A stretch of DNA of 40,982 nucleotides, taken from the NCBI GenBank assembly GCA_025057295.1, contig JANWXO010000004.1, positions 1-40,982 of the forward strand, read 5' to 3'. Source of the stretch: Candidatus Binatia bacterium. Lineage in GTDB: Bacteria; Desulfobacterota; Binatia; Bin18. The notes beneath the pieces were generated by a model that was not told the origin of the DNA, ran no database searches, and saw only the letters and a list, made by a program, of their open reading frames with translations. Shown in pieces: positions 26,821 through 36,454 of this stretch (the stretch's first letter is position 1; each line of letters begins with the position of its first letter). The position numbers and the translations under genes were made by a program.

Positions 26821-29800
26821 ATGCCTATGTCAGATCACACCGCTCTTCCGCCTTTGTCTGCTTCAGCGCAAGAGCTCACCGCGCTCTTGCGCGAGCGCAT
26901 TCTGTTGTTCGACGGCGCCATGGGCACCTCGATCCAAGCGAGGCATCTGGATGCGGCTGCCTTTGGCGGTCCCCAATACGAAGGATGCAACGAGTATCTG
27001 GTGCTGACCGCTCCGCAGGTCATCACCGATATTCATGAAGGGTTTCTCCAGGCCGGGTGCGATATTATCGAAACGGATACCTTCGGAGGCACGCCGATCG
27101 TGCTGGCGGAGTACGGCCTGCAAGACCGTACGGTCGAGATCAATACGGCCGCAGCACGGATTGCCCGGGCGGTAGCCGAGCGCTACAGCACCCCGACCAA
27201 GCCCCGCTTCGTCGCTGGTTCGATGGGCCCGACAACCAAAACGCTCTCGCTGACCGGCGGGGTCACCTTCCAGCAGCTGCGCGAGGCGTATGCACTGCAG
27301 GCCGAGGGACTGTTGCTCGGCGGGGTCGACTGCCTGATCCTCGAAACTGCTCAGGATACCCTCAACGTCAAAGCTGGTCTGCTCGGCATAGAAGATGCCG
27401 CACGGAAAGTGGGCTGGCGTGTCCCGGTCATCGTCTCGGGAACGATCGAAACCATGGGGACAATGTTGGCCGGGCAAGGGGTGGAAGCACTGTACGTCTC
27501 TCTCGCTCACCACGATCTCCTCGCGATCGGCCTCAATTGTGCGACCGGCCCGGACTTCATGACCGATCATATTCGCACCCTGGCCCAACTGTCGCGTTTT
27601 CCGGTGCTGTGCATGCCCAATGCTGGCTTGCCCGACGAAGAGGGACGCTACAACGAAACCCCCGCCATGATCGCTGCCAAGCTGGAGCGCTTCGTGGACC
27701 AGGGGTGGATCAACCTGGTCGGCGGATGCTGTGGGACGACCCCTGCCCACCTACACCTCCTGGCACAGATGCTCGTCGGCAAGCAACCGCGAGTGATCCA
27801 GGCCCCACGCCGCAGTGTGGTGGCCGGACTCGAGCCGTTGACGATCGACGAAGACAAACGCCCTATTCTGGTCGGCGAGCGCACTAATGTCATCGGCTCT
27901 CGCAAGTTTAAGGACCTCATTGTCGCTGGAGCGTTCGAGGAAGGCGCGGAAATCGGTCGTCGCCAGGTCCGTGGCGGAGCGCAGATCCTCGATGTTTGCC
28001 TGGCAGACCCGGACCGTGACGAGCTGGCCGATATGACGCGGTTCCTGGAGATCCTGGTGCGCAAGGTCAAAGTGCCCTTGATGATCGACACCACCGACCC
28101 GCGCGTGCTCGAGGCCGCCCTGCAACGGTGCCAGGGTAAAGCGATCGTCAACTCCATCAATCTCGAAGACGGCGAGGAACGCTTTCAGAAGGTTGTCCCT
28201 TTGGTCAAACGCTACGGCGCGGCTGTGGTGGTCGGGTGCATCGACGAGGACCCCGTGCAGGGTATGGCGGTCACGCGCACGCGCAAGTTAGAAATCGCGC
28301 AGCGCAGCTATGATCTCCTGACCAGAAAATATGGGTTGGCACAGGAAGATATCATTTTCGATCCGCTCGTCTTCCCGCTAGGCACGGGGGACCACAACTA
28401 TATCGGTGCAGGAGAAGAAACGATCGAAGGGGTGCGGTTGATCAAACAGACCTTCCCCGCGTGTAAAACCATTCTCGGCATCAGCAACGTCTCCTTCGGT
28501 CTCCCCCCGGCTGGACGCGAAGTGTTGAACGCTGTGTTCCTCTACCACTGCGTCAAAGCCGGCCTCGATATGGCGATCGTCAACACCGAGAAGCTCGAGC
28601 GGTACGCCTCCATCCCAGAAGAGGAACGCCGCCTGGCGGAAGATCTGATCTACTGGCGTGGGGACGATCCAGTCGCCGCCTTTGCTGCCTACTTCCGCCA
28701 GAAGAACAGCAAAGCGAAGGCGGACAGCAAAAAGGACCTGCCTGTGGATGAGCGCCTGGCCCGCTCCATCATCGAGGGCTCCAAAGACGGGCTGATCGAG
28801 GATCTCCAGGAGGCGTTGCGGTCCCGCACGCCGCTCGACATCATCAACGGCCCTCTGATGGCTGGCATGGACGAAGTCGGCCGCTTGTTCAACAACAACG
28901 AGTTGATCGTTGCCGAAGTGTTACAGAGCGCGGAAGTCATGAAAGCGGCGGTGGCCTATCTCGAGCAGTTTATGGAGAAAAGCGAGGGCGCGCTCAAGGG
29001 AACGGTCATCCTCGCCACGGTGAAAGGCGACGTGCACGATATCGGCAAAAACCTCGTCGAGATCATCCTGAGCAACAACGGCTACCGCGTAGTGAATCTA
29101 GGGATTAAGGTGCCGCCAGAAACCCTGATCGATGCCTACCGCAGGTATACGCCCGATATCATCGGGTTATCCGGCCTGTTGGTAAAGTCTGCCCAGCAGA
29201 TGGTCGTCACTGCGCAGGACCTGGCAGCCGCCGGCATCACCTGCCCCCTGCTCGTCGGTGGCGCGGCCCTAACGGCGCGTTTTACGGCAACCAAGATCGC
29301 CCCGGAGTATGCGGGGTTAGTGTGCTACGCCAATGATGCCATGCAGGGGCTGGACCTCGCCAACCAGATCATCTCTCCCGAGAAGCGGGCGGCGTTGGCG
29401 GAGAAAGTCGCAGCCGAGCAGGCGCGCCTAGCCCAACAGGAGAAAAAACCGCTCGAGGTGAAGCGAGAGGATTCTCCTCCTCCACGGGTCTCCGTGATTA
29501 CCCACGAACACGAGATTCCCTTGCCACCAGACCTACGTGCCCACGTCATCGACAATTACGACGTTGAAGCGATCTTTGCGTATGTGAACCCGACCATGCT
29601 CTATGGCAAACACTTAGGCCTGAGGGGCAATGTGGACACCCTGTTAACCCAGGGGGACGAGAAGGCTACACACCTGTACCAGCAAGTACGGGCGATGGAG
29701 GATGAGATCCTTGCCAAACAGCTCTTCCGCGCCCAGGCCGTGTACAAATTCTTCCCCGCGCAAGCGGTCGACGACACGATCCTTGTCTATAACCCGAACG

Positions 29801-30357
29801 CCAGTGAGGTGATCGAGACTTTTCATTTCCCGCGGCAGACCCACGGGGAAAGGTTGTGCCTGAGCGACTTTGTCGCCCCGCGCCACTCCGGCAAACTCGA
29901 CTATATCGCTCTTTTCGCTGTCACTTGTGGGCATGGGGTGCGCGAGCTCGCGGAACGCTATAAGCAAGCCGGCCAGTACTTACGGGCTCACATCCTCCAG
30001 GCCCTGGCGATAGAATGCGCAGAGGCGTTCGCCGAACTGCTGCACCAGCGACTGCGGGAGATGTGGGGTTTCCCCGATCCGCCGACTCTGACGATGCGCG
30101 AGCGCTTCAAGGCCCGCTACCGTGGAGTACGGGTCAGCTTCGGTTATCCGGCGTGCCCACGGCTGGAGGATCAAACCAAGCTGTTCCGTCTCCTACAGGT
30201 GACGGAGACCATCGGCGTCCACCTGACCGAGGGGTTCATGATGGAACCGGAAGCCTCCGTCTCCGCCCTCGTCTTCCACCATCCCCAGGCGCGCTATTTC
30301 AGCATTCTGGAAGATGAATTGGCGGCCTTCGAACGACAGCTTGCTATCGGGGCGTAG
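26821..30357 (+). CDS. metH: Cobalamin-dependent methionine synthase
   Basis: DGAMGT, GLNCATG, GGCCGT, VGERTN, KGDVHDIGKN, SGLL, SFGYPACP. The true start may be 26827. Confidence 0.97.
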   Translation: MPMSDHTALPPLSASAQELTALLRERILLFDGAMGTSIQARHLDAAAFGGPQYEGCNEYLVLTAPQVITDIHEGFLQAGCDIIETDTFGGTPIVLAEYGLQDRTVEINTAAARIARAVAERYSTPTKPRFVAGSMGPTTKTLSLTGGVTFQQLREAYALQAEGLLLGGVDCLILETAQDTLNVKAGLLGIEDAARKVGWRVPVIVSGTIETMGTMLAGQGVEALYVSLAHHDLLAIGLNCATGPDFMTDHIRTLAQLSRFPVLCMPNAGLPDEEGRYNETPAMIAAKLERFVDQGWINLVGGCCGTTPAHLHLLAQMLVGKQPRVIQAPRRSVVAGLEPLTIDEDKRPILVGERTNVIGSRKFKDLIVAGAFEEGAEIGRRQVRGGAQILDVCLADPDRDELADMTRFLEILVRKVKVPLMIDTTDPRVLEAALQRCQGKAIVNSINLEDGEERFQKVVPLVKRYGAAVVVGCIDEDPVQGMAVTRTRKLEIAQRSYDLLTRKYGLAQEDIIFDPLVFPLGTGDHNYIGAGEETIEGVRLIKQTFPACKTILGISNVSFGLPPAGREVLNAVFLYHCVKAGLDMAIVNTEKLERYASIPEEERRLAEDLIYWRGDDPVAAFAAYFRQKNSKAKADSKKDLPVDERLARSIIEGSKDGLIEDLQEALRSRTPLDIINGPLMAGMDEVGRLFNNNELIVAEVLQSAEVMKAAVAYLEQFMEKSEGALKGTVILATVKGDVHDIGKNLVEIILSNNGYRVVNLGIKVPPETLIDAYRRYTPDIIGLSGLLVKSAQQMVVTAQDLAAAGITCPLLVGGAALTARFTATKIAPEYAGLVCYANDAMQGLDLANQIISPEKRAALAEKVAAEQARLAQQEKKPLEVKREDSPPPRVSVITHEHEIPLPPDLRAHVIDNYDVEAIFAYVNPTMLYGKHLGLRGNVDTLLTQGDEKATHLYQQVRAMEDEILAKQLFRAQAVYKFFPAQAVDDTILVYNPNASEVIETFHFPRQTHGERLCLSDFVAPRHSGKLDYIALFAVTCGHGVRELAERYKQAGQYLRAHILQALAIECAEAFAELLHQRLREMWGFPDPPTLTMRERFKARYRGVRVSFGYPACPRLEDQTKLFRLLQVTETIGVHLTEGFMMEPEASVSALVFHHPQARYFSILEDELAAFERQLAIGA

Positions 30358-30376
30358 CGGGAAATGAGGCACGCGA

Positions 30377-30422
30377 CAGTCTGCCAGAGAGCCAGGGTGT
30401 CGTTGCACCCTCCGGCAGACTG
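30377..30422. terminator. Stem-loop between convergent metH and HU genes (possible terminator)
   Basis: Nested inverted repeats cagtctgcc/ggcagactg and agggtg/caccct. No clear U-tract. Confidence 0.4.
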
Positions 30423-30462
30423 CCGACTCGTAACCGGAGCCGGCCTCCCTCAGGAGAGCGGT

Positions 30463-30753
30463 CTACTTTTTCGTTGGGCCGAGAATCGCCTCTTTCAGGG
30501 CTTTCGACGCCGTAAAGGCAACTTTCTTGCGGGCGGGAATTTTGATCGGCTCCCCAGTTTGAGGATTGCGCCCGGTGCGGGCTTTTGTCTGGCGCAGCCG
30601 GAAGGTGCCCAAGTTAGGAATCTTCAATACTTTCTCTTTCTTGACGGTCTTGCCGATGAAATCGATGAGGGCGTTGAGATTCTCATCCGCCTGCCGGCTA
30701 GAGATTCCCCCCCAGCTCTCGGCCAATTTCTTTACCATCTCGGACTTCGTCAT
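30463..30753 (-). CDS. HU family histone-like DNA-binding protein
   Basis: MTKSEMVKKLAE...LGTF...ARTGRNPQTGEPIKIPARKKVAF. AGGAGG RBS. Confidence 0.93.
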   Translation of the reverse strand: MTKSEMVKKLAESWGGISSRQADENLNALIDFIGKTVKKEKVLKIPNLGTFRLRQTKARTGRNPQTGEPIKIPARKKVAFTASKALKEAILGPTKK

Positions 30754-30847
30754 AGTACCAACCTCCTTCTCTGTGATGGAATTTCTCACTTAGCCTACCG
30801 AGGAAGAGGAGACCGTGCGTCAGCTTTGCGGTGCCTCGCCTCCTAGC

Positions 30848-30997
30848 TTACTCCTCCTCCCATTCCTCTTCGTCATCCAGTTCCTCGTCCTCCTCCCAGT
30901 CCTCGTCGTCTAGTTCCTCCTCCTCCCAGTCCTCGTCCTCTTCCTGTAGGTCGAGCCAGAGGGGGGTTGCGTACGGTGTTGTCATCATTTCCCTCAT
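30848..30997 (-). CDS. Small, extremely acidic D/E/W-repeat protein (45-49 aa, hypothetical)
   Basis: MREMMTTPYATPLWLDLQEEDEDWEEEELDDEDWEEDEELDDEEEWEEE*. In-frame ATGs at 30997, 30988 and 30985, with GAGGG upstream of the latter two. Synonymous codon variation preserves D/E. Too short for the ORF track. Confidence 0.6.
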   Translation of the reverse strand: MREMMTTPYATPLWLDLQEEDEDWEEEELDDEDWEEDEELDDEEEWEEE

Positions 30998-31081
30998 ACA
31001 GCTTTAGATTCCGACGTCGCACCAGGCACCCGAGCAGTCGTGCTCACAAGATGCACGAGCCGCTCAGGAGGTGTCCGTCGG

Positions 31082-32974
31082 TTATGCAACCGTTATGATC
31101 GGCACCGCAGGCGTGGTGCGCCGGGTGCCCATGCGCTCGTGACCGGCGAGGTAGAAATTCCTCGCCTCTTCATCAGTGACGACTTGGCGCTTCGTTTGTG
31201 GATCATACAATTTCCACACACCCCCGAGCATGGGATGGCGACCACGGCGATAACTATAGGCCCAGTAAATAAACTCCCGCGTCATACTGTCCCGCGCTTC
31301 CCAGTTCAGCCCCCGCCCTCCGGAGAAGGTCAGCGTATTTTTGATCACCCGCCACGGGGAGTAGAAAGTCGTATAGGCATCGCGATAGGCTTGGTAGATC
31401 TCCTCCGCCGTCATGGTGGGATGGTGGGCGACCACGTGATCGGAGTCGTACCAGTTAAAATCCCAATCACGAATCATGCCCTCTGCGACTGCTTTGATGT
31501 GATCCTCAGTGCCGGGCAGCGGGGTGACGATGAAGAAGGACGCCAGATCGACACCCACCTCGATCAGATCGAGTGCGGCCTGACGCCCACACTCCGGGGT
31601 GTCGAAGGGGAAGCCGATCATATACCCACAGTGCACGGCAATGCCGGCCCGATGCCAGTTATCGACCACGCGCCGGTACTTTTCCAGTACCCGCCGCTTG
31701 GCCTCTGCCAGGTCGATATTGCGCTCACGCCGATCGGTATTCTGGAACTTGGTGGCAGCGACCAGGTTTTGTGGATTGAAGGACTCAAAGCCGACAAAAG
31801 CACAGTACCCTCCAGCTTCCTTCACCAACTCCACAAAACGCCGGCTGCGCTGGTGCTTGCTGCTCTCCACCTCTCCCGGACGCAGGTCGGCATACCCAGC
31901 GGCATCAATGTCTACCTGCATCATAAAATTGATGTTGCGCCCCTGACGGCGCAGCTCTGCCATCCCCAAGAGCAGGGGCTCCCATTGTGGGCTGCGGAAA
32001 AAATCATCGTCGACCAAAAACAGCGTGTCGATGCCATGGTAATCGGCGGCGTCGCGAATCCAGTCAATGGCAAACTGCGGGTCGCGCGCCCGCATGGTCC
32101 TGCCCATGACATTTTTCACGCTACAATAGGAACAGGTAAACGGACAACCGCGGGAGGTGTCCAAGGTGGTCATCGTGGTATTGGCGAACCGTTTTAAATA
32201 TCGGTCATCGATCGCCGGCAACTGCACCGAGTCGATCACCGGCACCATGATCTCGCCAGTGCCGGTCTTGGCACGAATACCAGAGGTGACGCTGTAGTGC
32301 AGCTTGAGTTCCCCCCGCAGGTAATCGTCCAGTATCTGGACCCAGGTGTTCTCTGCCTCCCCAACCACCGTCGTCACCCCACAGCTATTCAAGAACTCAC
32401 ACGACTCTGGATAGCCGCTCACATGAAAGCCACCCATCAGCACGGGAAACCCTGCAGCGACAAATTGCAAGGCGAGGTCGCGGCCACGCGGGTATTGGTT
32501 GGTCTGCACGCCCGCTAAACCGATAAGCACCTCCACGCCATCCTCTCTGGCTTTCCTGCGAATGGTATCGATGGTGTCACGACTGATCGGTCCATCCACC
32601 ATCTCGTCCCACAGGACCGTCTCGATAAACACATTATGGTTGGCCCGTAAGCGATTGTACTCCTCGTTGAGGGCGGCTAGGGCAGTCAGCGTATTGTTCG
32701 GCAATACCCCCTTCCAAAAGTACAGGACGTAGCCCTGTTCGTCATATTTCGACGGCTTAATAAAATAGACCCGTACGGTGCGGCACGGGGTGGCCGTGCG
32801 ACTCGGCCTGCGTGCTACAGGCAAGGTCGAGAGCGTGCACCCCTGCTGGTCCGTATCTGCGGCGAGCATGGAACCTGCCGAGGCAAGTGCTCGTGCCTCA
32901 CGCCATGCCCTCCGCCACCGCGGACTCTTGCCCGGAGTCTCTCTTTGCTCACTGTCTGCAACCACATTCTTCAT
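31082..32974 (-). CDS. B12-binding-domain radical SAM protein of unknown substrate
   Basis: SRGCPFTCSYC, MGGFHVS, VVGEAE, FLVDDDF, GFES, GYMIGFPFD, TPLPGTE. AAGGAG RBS before MKNVV; start uncertain. Confidence 0.87.
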   Translation of the reverse strand: MKNVVADSEQRETPGKSPRWRRAWREARALASAGSMLAADTDQQGCTLSTLPVARRPSRTATPCRTVRVYFIKPSKYDEQGYVLYFWKGVLPNNTLTALAALNEEYNRLRANHNVFIETVLWDEMVDGPISRDTIDTIRRKAREDGVEVLIGLAGVQTNQYPRGRDLALQFVAAGFPVLMGGFHVSGYPESCEFLNSCGVTTVVGEAENTWVQILDDYLRGELKLHYSVTSGIRAKTGTGEIMVPVIDSVQLPAIDDRYLKRFANTTMTTLDTSRGCPFTCSYCSVKNVMGRTMRARDPQFAIDWIRDAADYHGIDTLFLVDDDFFRSPQWEPLLLGMAELRRQGRNINFMMQVDIDAAGYADLRPGEVESSKHQRSRRFVELVKEAGGYCAFVGFESFNPQNLVAATKFQNTDRRERNIDLAEAKRRVLEKYRRVVDNWHRAGIAVHCGYMIGFPFDTPECGRQAALDLIEVGVDLASFFIVTPLPGTEDHIKAVAEGMIRDWDFNWYDSDHVVAHHPTMTAEEIYQAYRDAYTTFYSPWRVIKNTLTFSGGRGLNWEARDSMTREFIYWAYSYRRGRHPMLGGVWKLYDPQTKRQVVTDEEARNFYLAGHERMGTRRTTPAVPIITVA

Positions 32975-33034
32975 GGTTCTCCTTCCGGCCACGGGCCGAC
33001 TTGTAGCTGTCAGTCCGACAAATGTCAATAAAAT

Positions 33035-35425
33035 TCAGTGGTACATCTCCACCAATTCGATCATACCCAACCGCTTCAGCTCCTGAAACAGGCGTCCCTT
33101 GACCTCCTGCACCGTCTCCATACGCAGGATCTCTTGGGTCAGCTGTTGCGCCGCTGCATAGGAGAGGGACCGGATGACCCGCTTAATCACAGGGACAAAG
33201 AACGGCTCCATACTGAACTCATCCAACCCCATCCCTAACAAGACCAGGGTACACAGCGGGTCTGCCGCCATCTCGCCGCACATGCTCACGCGCTTGCCGG
33301 CTCGTTTGGCCGCTTGGATCGTCCGGGCAATCGCAGCCAGGACCGCAGGATGTAACGGCTCGTAGAGGGGTGCCACCTTGCGGTTGTTGCGATCGACCGC
33401 CAGGATGTACTGAATCAGGTCGTTTGTGCCGATGCTGAAGAAATCGACTTCCTTCGCCAAGCGGTCGGCGATCCACACCGCCGCCGGCACTTCGATCATG
33501 ATCCCGACCGGCATCCAGGGATCGAACGCCTCTCCTTTCCGCCGGAGCTCTTCCTTGACCTGCGCCAAGAGCTCTTTGACCTGGAGAACTTCCTCGACGC
33601 TCGAGATCATGGGGAAGAGGAGACGCACCGGGCCGTGCGCACCGGCACGCAGGATCGCCCGTAGCTGCACTTTGAAGAGGTCCGCCATCTCCAACGAGAT
33701 CCGAATCGACCGCCACCCCAAAAACGGGTTCTCTTCTTGCGGCAACTGCAGATAGGGAGGATATTTATCCGGACCTAAATCGAGCGTACGGATGGTCACC
33801 GGCCTGCCGCCCATCTCGGTAATCACCCGACGATAGAGGTTGAGCTGTTCCTCTTCTCCGGGAAAATCTCGATAGGTGAGAAAAGGCACTTCCGTCCGGT
33901 ACAACCCCACCCCTTCTGCTCCATGCCGTCGCGCGAAGGCGAGGTCTCCCAACAGGCCCACATTTGCACACAGGGACACTCGCACCCCATCGAGAGTTTC
34001 CGCCGGTAGGTCGTGCATCTCTTCGAGCGCACGGTTGAAGGTGCGGTACTCCCGGTCGAGCCGGTTGTACTCGCGCACCACTTCGACCCCGGGATTGACG
34101 TAGACGACCCCCGAGTTGCCATCGACGATCACAGTGTCCCCCTCGCGCACCAGCTCTGCATGTTCGACCCCCACGACTGTCGGGATCTCAAAAGATTTGG
34201 CCAGGATAGAAGCGTGAGAGGTAGCCCCACCACTCGCGAGCACAATGCCCTTGAGCTGGGCGTGATCGACACGACAGAGGTCCGAGAGGGTCAGTTCTTC
34301 CGCGACGAGAATCACATTGTCGCCGCGCGGACCGTCTTTTTCTTCTAGCCCCAGCAGATTGCGCAGCACGCGCTGACCGACGTCGCGCAGATCGGCGACA
34401 CGGTCACGCAAATGTTCATTGCCTGCACGCCCCAACGCTTCGATGTACTCTTCGAGCACCTTCCTCAGCGCGGTGTCCGCCGACCACCCCTGGCGGACGA
34501 GCGCGGCAATTTTATCGACAAAGCCGGGATCCTCGAGGATCATACGGTGGACGTCAAAAATCGCGCGGTCAGTCTCCGGCAAATGTTCTCGCACTCGCTC
34601 TTTGAGGGCTTCGATCTCCTCGATCGACCGCTGAATCGCGGCGTGTAAATGATCGATCTCCGCATCCGGATCGTCCGTATAGCGCTCCGTGAGCACCCCC
34701 CAATGGATCTGCGGATGGACGAGGTGGGCTTGGCCGATCCCAAATCCTGGAGAAGCGGCAATCCCGGTGAGCCGCAGGCGGCTGGCACGTCCTGGCGTTT
34801 TCGCCTTCGCTTTGCGCTCCGGTTCATAGACACTGAGGCGCTTAATCGCCTCCAGCATGCGCGCGCGGTACTCTTCCCCCTCCCGCTCCTTGTTCTTGAG
34901 GGACTCCAGTAACTGTGCCTGCACGATGATACTCCCGACGTGGGAGGCGATCGTCTTGAGTAAGCGTACCTCCGTGCGCGAGAAGCGTCGGCGGCTGCGG
35001 CTCTGCACCACTAAGACACCAAGCGGACCGTGTTTATCGACGATAGGCAAGCCAAGGAAGGAATGAAACCGCTCTTCCCCGGTCTCGGGAAAGTATTTGT
35101 TGCGCGGATGGGTCATGGCATCGGTCACCGCCACCGGCTCCATCTTTTCGATAACGAGCCCCGACAATCCCTCCTCGACCCGCATACTGACTTTCCCGAT
35201 CGCAGCACGTTCCAGCCCGGTCGTCGCCCACAGGGTAAGACGGCGCTCTCTGGCATCGAACAAGTAGAGCGAACAGACATCCGCACCGATACGCTCGGCG
35301 ATGACCTTGGTAATCTCCTCTAACGTGGCTTGGAGATCGTGTGAGTGAGCAATGAGGGCACTAATGTCTTCGAGCAAGCGTAAGCCATGACCACTCCTCG
35401 GCCGAACCTGTGGCTGCGTCGTCAT
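33035..35425 (-). CDS. ptsP: GAF-domain phosphoenolpyruvate-protein phosphotransferase (enzyme I-Ntr type)
   Basis: N-terminal GAF (CSLYL...FPETGEERFHSFLGLP), GGATSHASIL phospho-His, GVGLYRTE, ENPFLGWRSIR, FFSIGTNDL, MCGEMA. Start at 35425 or 35485. Confidence 0.93.
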   Translation of the reverse strand: MTTQPQVRPRSGHGLRLLEDISALIAHSHDLQATLEEITKVIAERIGADVCSLYLFDARERRLTLWATTGLERAAIGKVSMRVEEGLSGLVIEKMEPVAVTDAMTHPRNKYFPETGEERFHSFLGLPIVDKHGPLGVLVVQSRSRRRFSRTEVRLLKTIASHVGSIIVQAQLLESLKNKEREGEEYRARMLEAIKRLSVYEPERKAKAKTPGRASRLRLTGIAASPGFGIGQAHLVHPQIHWGVLTERYTDDPDAEIDHLHAAIQRSIEEIEALKERVREHLPETDRAIFDVHRMILEDPGFVDKIAALVRQGWSADTALRKVLEEYIEALGRAGNEHLRDRVADLRDVGQRVLRNLLGLEEKDGPRGDNVILVAEELTLSDLCRVDHAQLKGIVLASGGATSHASILAKSFEIPTVVGVEHAELVREGDTVIVDGNSGVVYVNPGVEVVREYNRLDREYRTFNRALEEMHDLPAETLDGVRVSLCANVGLLGDLAFARRHGAEGVGLYRTEVPFLTYRDFPGEEEQLNLYRRVITEMGGRPVTIRTLDLGPDKYPPYLQLPQEENPFLGWRSIRISLEMADLFKVQLRAILRAGAHGPVRLLFPMISSVEEVLQVKELLAQVKEELRRKGEAFDPWMPVGIMIEVPAAVWIADRLAKEVDFFSIGTNDLIQYILAVDRNNRKVAPLYEPLHPAVLAAIARTIQAAKRAGKRVSMCGEMAADPLCTLVLLGMGLDEFSMEPFFVPVIKRVIRSLSYAAAQQLTQEILRMETVQEVKGRLFQELKRLGMIELVEMYH

Positions 35426-35509
35426 TGCGGCGTGCGCCTTCCGTGCGCCGCGCTTGAGAGCGGCATGTTTGCGGGCCCCATCCATAGAGAGACAACAAAA
35501 CTTCCAAGC

Positions 35510-35538
35510 ATCATACCTGAGGGAGAGAAGGGCGACAA
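35510..35538 (-). promoter_or_regulatory. Putative sigma70-type promoter for ptsP
   Basis: Minus strand TTGTCG-N17-TATGAT. Confidence 0.5.
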
Positions 35539-35587
35539 GGCGAAGCGGGCCCCATGCAGCCTGTGTTGACCTGCAGGGGGAGGAACA

Positions 35588-36382
35588 TCATTCCCCAATC
35601 CAGCCCGCACGGTGGTTGAGCGGGGCGTGTCCCTGACCAATCGGAAAGCCCGCAGCGATCGCGCGCGTCACGAAAGTCTTGGCCGTCGCCACCGCTTCCT
35701 CCACCCCCTGCCCGCGGGCCAGGCCGGCAGCGATCGCCGCAGAGAAGCTGCACCCTGCCCCATGGGTACACACAGTGTCGAGTTTTGGTGCAGAGTAAGA
35801 ACGGAAGGTCTGTCCATCGAAGAGAAGATCGCACGCCTCTGCTTGGAGGTGGCCACCCTTGACGACCACATAGACAGGGCCCAGGGTTCGGATACGGCGC
35901 GCGGCTTCTTCCATGCTCGTCCGGTCGCGCACTTCCATCCCTGCCAATAAGCTCGCCTCGTAGAGATTAGGGGTGACAACCAAGGCGAGCGGAAGGAGGA
36001 GCTCGACGAGCGCCTGCCGGGCTTCCTCGCGCAACAGCGGATGCCCGCCTTTGGCGACCATGACCGGGTCCACCACCAAGCGCCGCACCCCATACTGTTG
36101 CACTTTTTGACTCACCACCTGTACCAGCGGAGCAGAGGCCAACATGCCCGTTTTGGCCGCGTCAGCGCCAATATCCGTCAGGACACTGTCGAACTGTTGC
36201 GCCACACATTCAGGGGGTAATTCGACCACGGCCTGTACACCCAAGGTGTTCTGAGCCGTGACTGCGGTGAGCACGCTCGTGCCATACACCCCCAGCGCCA
36301 TAAAGGTCTTGAGGTCCGCCTGAATGCCGGCTCCGCCTCCACTATCCGAGCCGGCAATGGTCAGTGCCTTCGCTATAGCCAT
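35588..36382 (-). CDS. thiD: Hydroxymethylpyrimidine/phosphomethylpyrimidine kinase
   Basis: TIAGSDSGGGAGIQADLKT, TAQNT, VVDPVM, TPNLYEA, KGGH, HGAGC. Confidence 0.96.
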   Translation of the reverse strand: MAIAKALTIAGSDSGGGAGIQADLKTFMALGVYGTSVLTAVTAQNTLGVQAVVELPPECVAQQFDSVLTDIGADAAKTGMLASAPLVQVVSQKVQQYGVRRLVVDPVMVAKGGHPLLREEARQALVELLLPLALVVTPNLYEASLLAGMEVRDRTSMEEAARRIRTLGPVYVVVKGGHLQAEACDLLFDGQTFRSYSAPKLDTVCTHGAGCSFSAAIAAGLARGQGVEEAVATAKTFVTRAIAAGFPIGQGHAPLNHRAGWIGE

Positions 36383-36405
36383 GGGGGTGTCACGCCTCTG
36401 CCACC

Positions 36406-36434
36406 ATTGTCCAAGGAGCGCACGCCACCGTCAA
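36406..36434 (-). promoter_or_regulatory. Putative sigma70-type promoter for thiD
   Basis: Minus strand TTGACG-N17-GACAAT. Confidence 0.45.
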
Positions 36435-36454
36435 CTGCTGCACGCGGCTCTCCG

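Noticed and set aside
30790-30847. GCAAA...GACGCA hairpin upstream of HU, reminiscent of a c-di-GMP-I (GEMM) riboswitch
   Set aside because: Too short, lacks the second stem and tetraloop-receptor pattern, and the motif spacing does not fit. An Infernal scan would settle it.
30848-30945. Repeated ttcctc..tcctcccagtcctcgtc units as a possible CRISPR array or VNTR
   Set aside because: No unique spacers and no cas genes. The repeats are explained by the D/E/W codons of the acidic ORF.
31040-32197. 385 aa plus-strand ORF
   Set aside because: Antisense shadow of the radical SAM gene.
36383-36454. Possible TPP riboswitch upstream of thiD
   Set aside because: The gap is only ~70 nt, has no CUGAGA core and is occupied by a promoter-like sequence.
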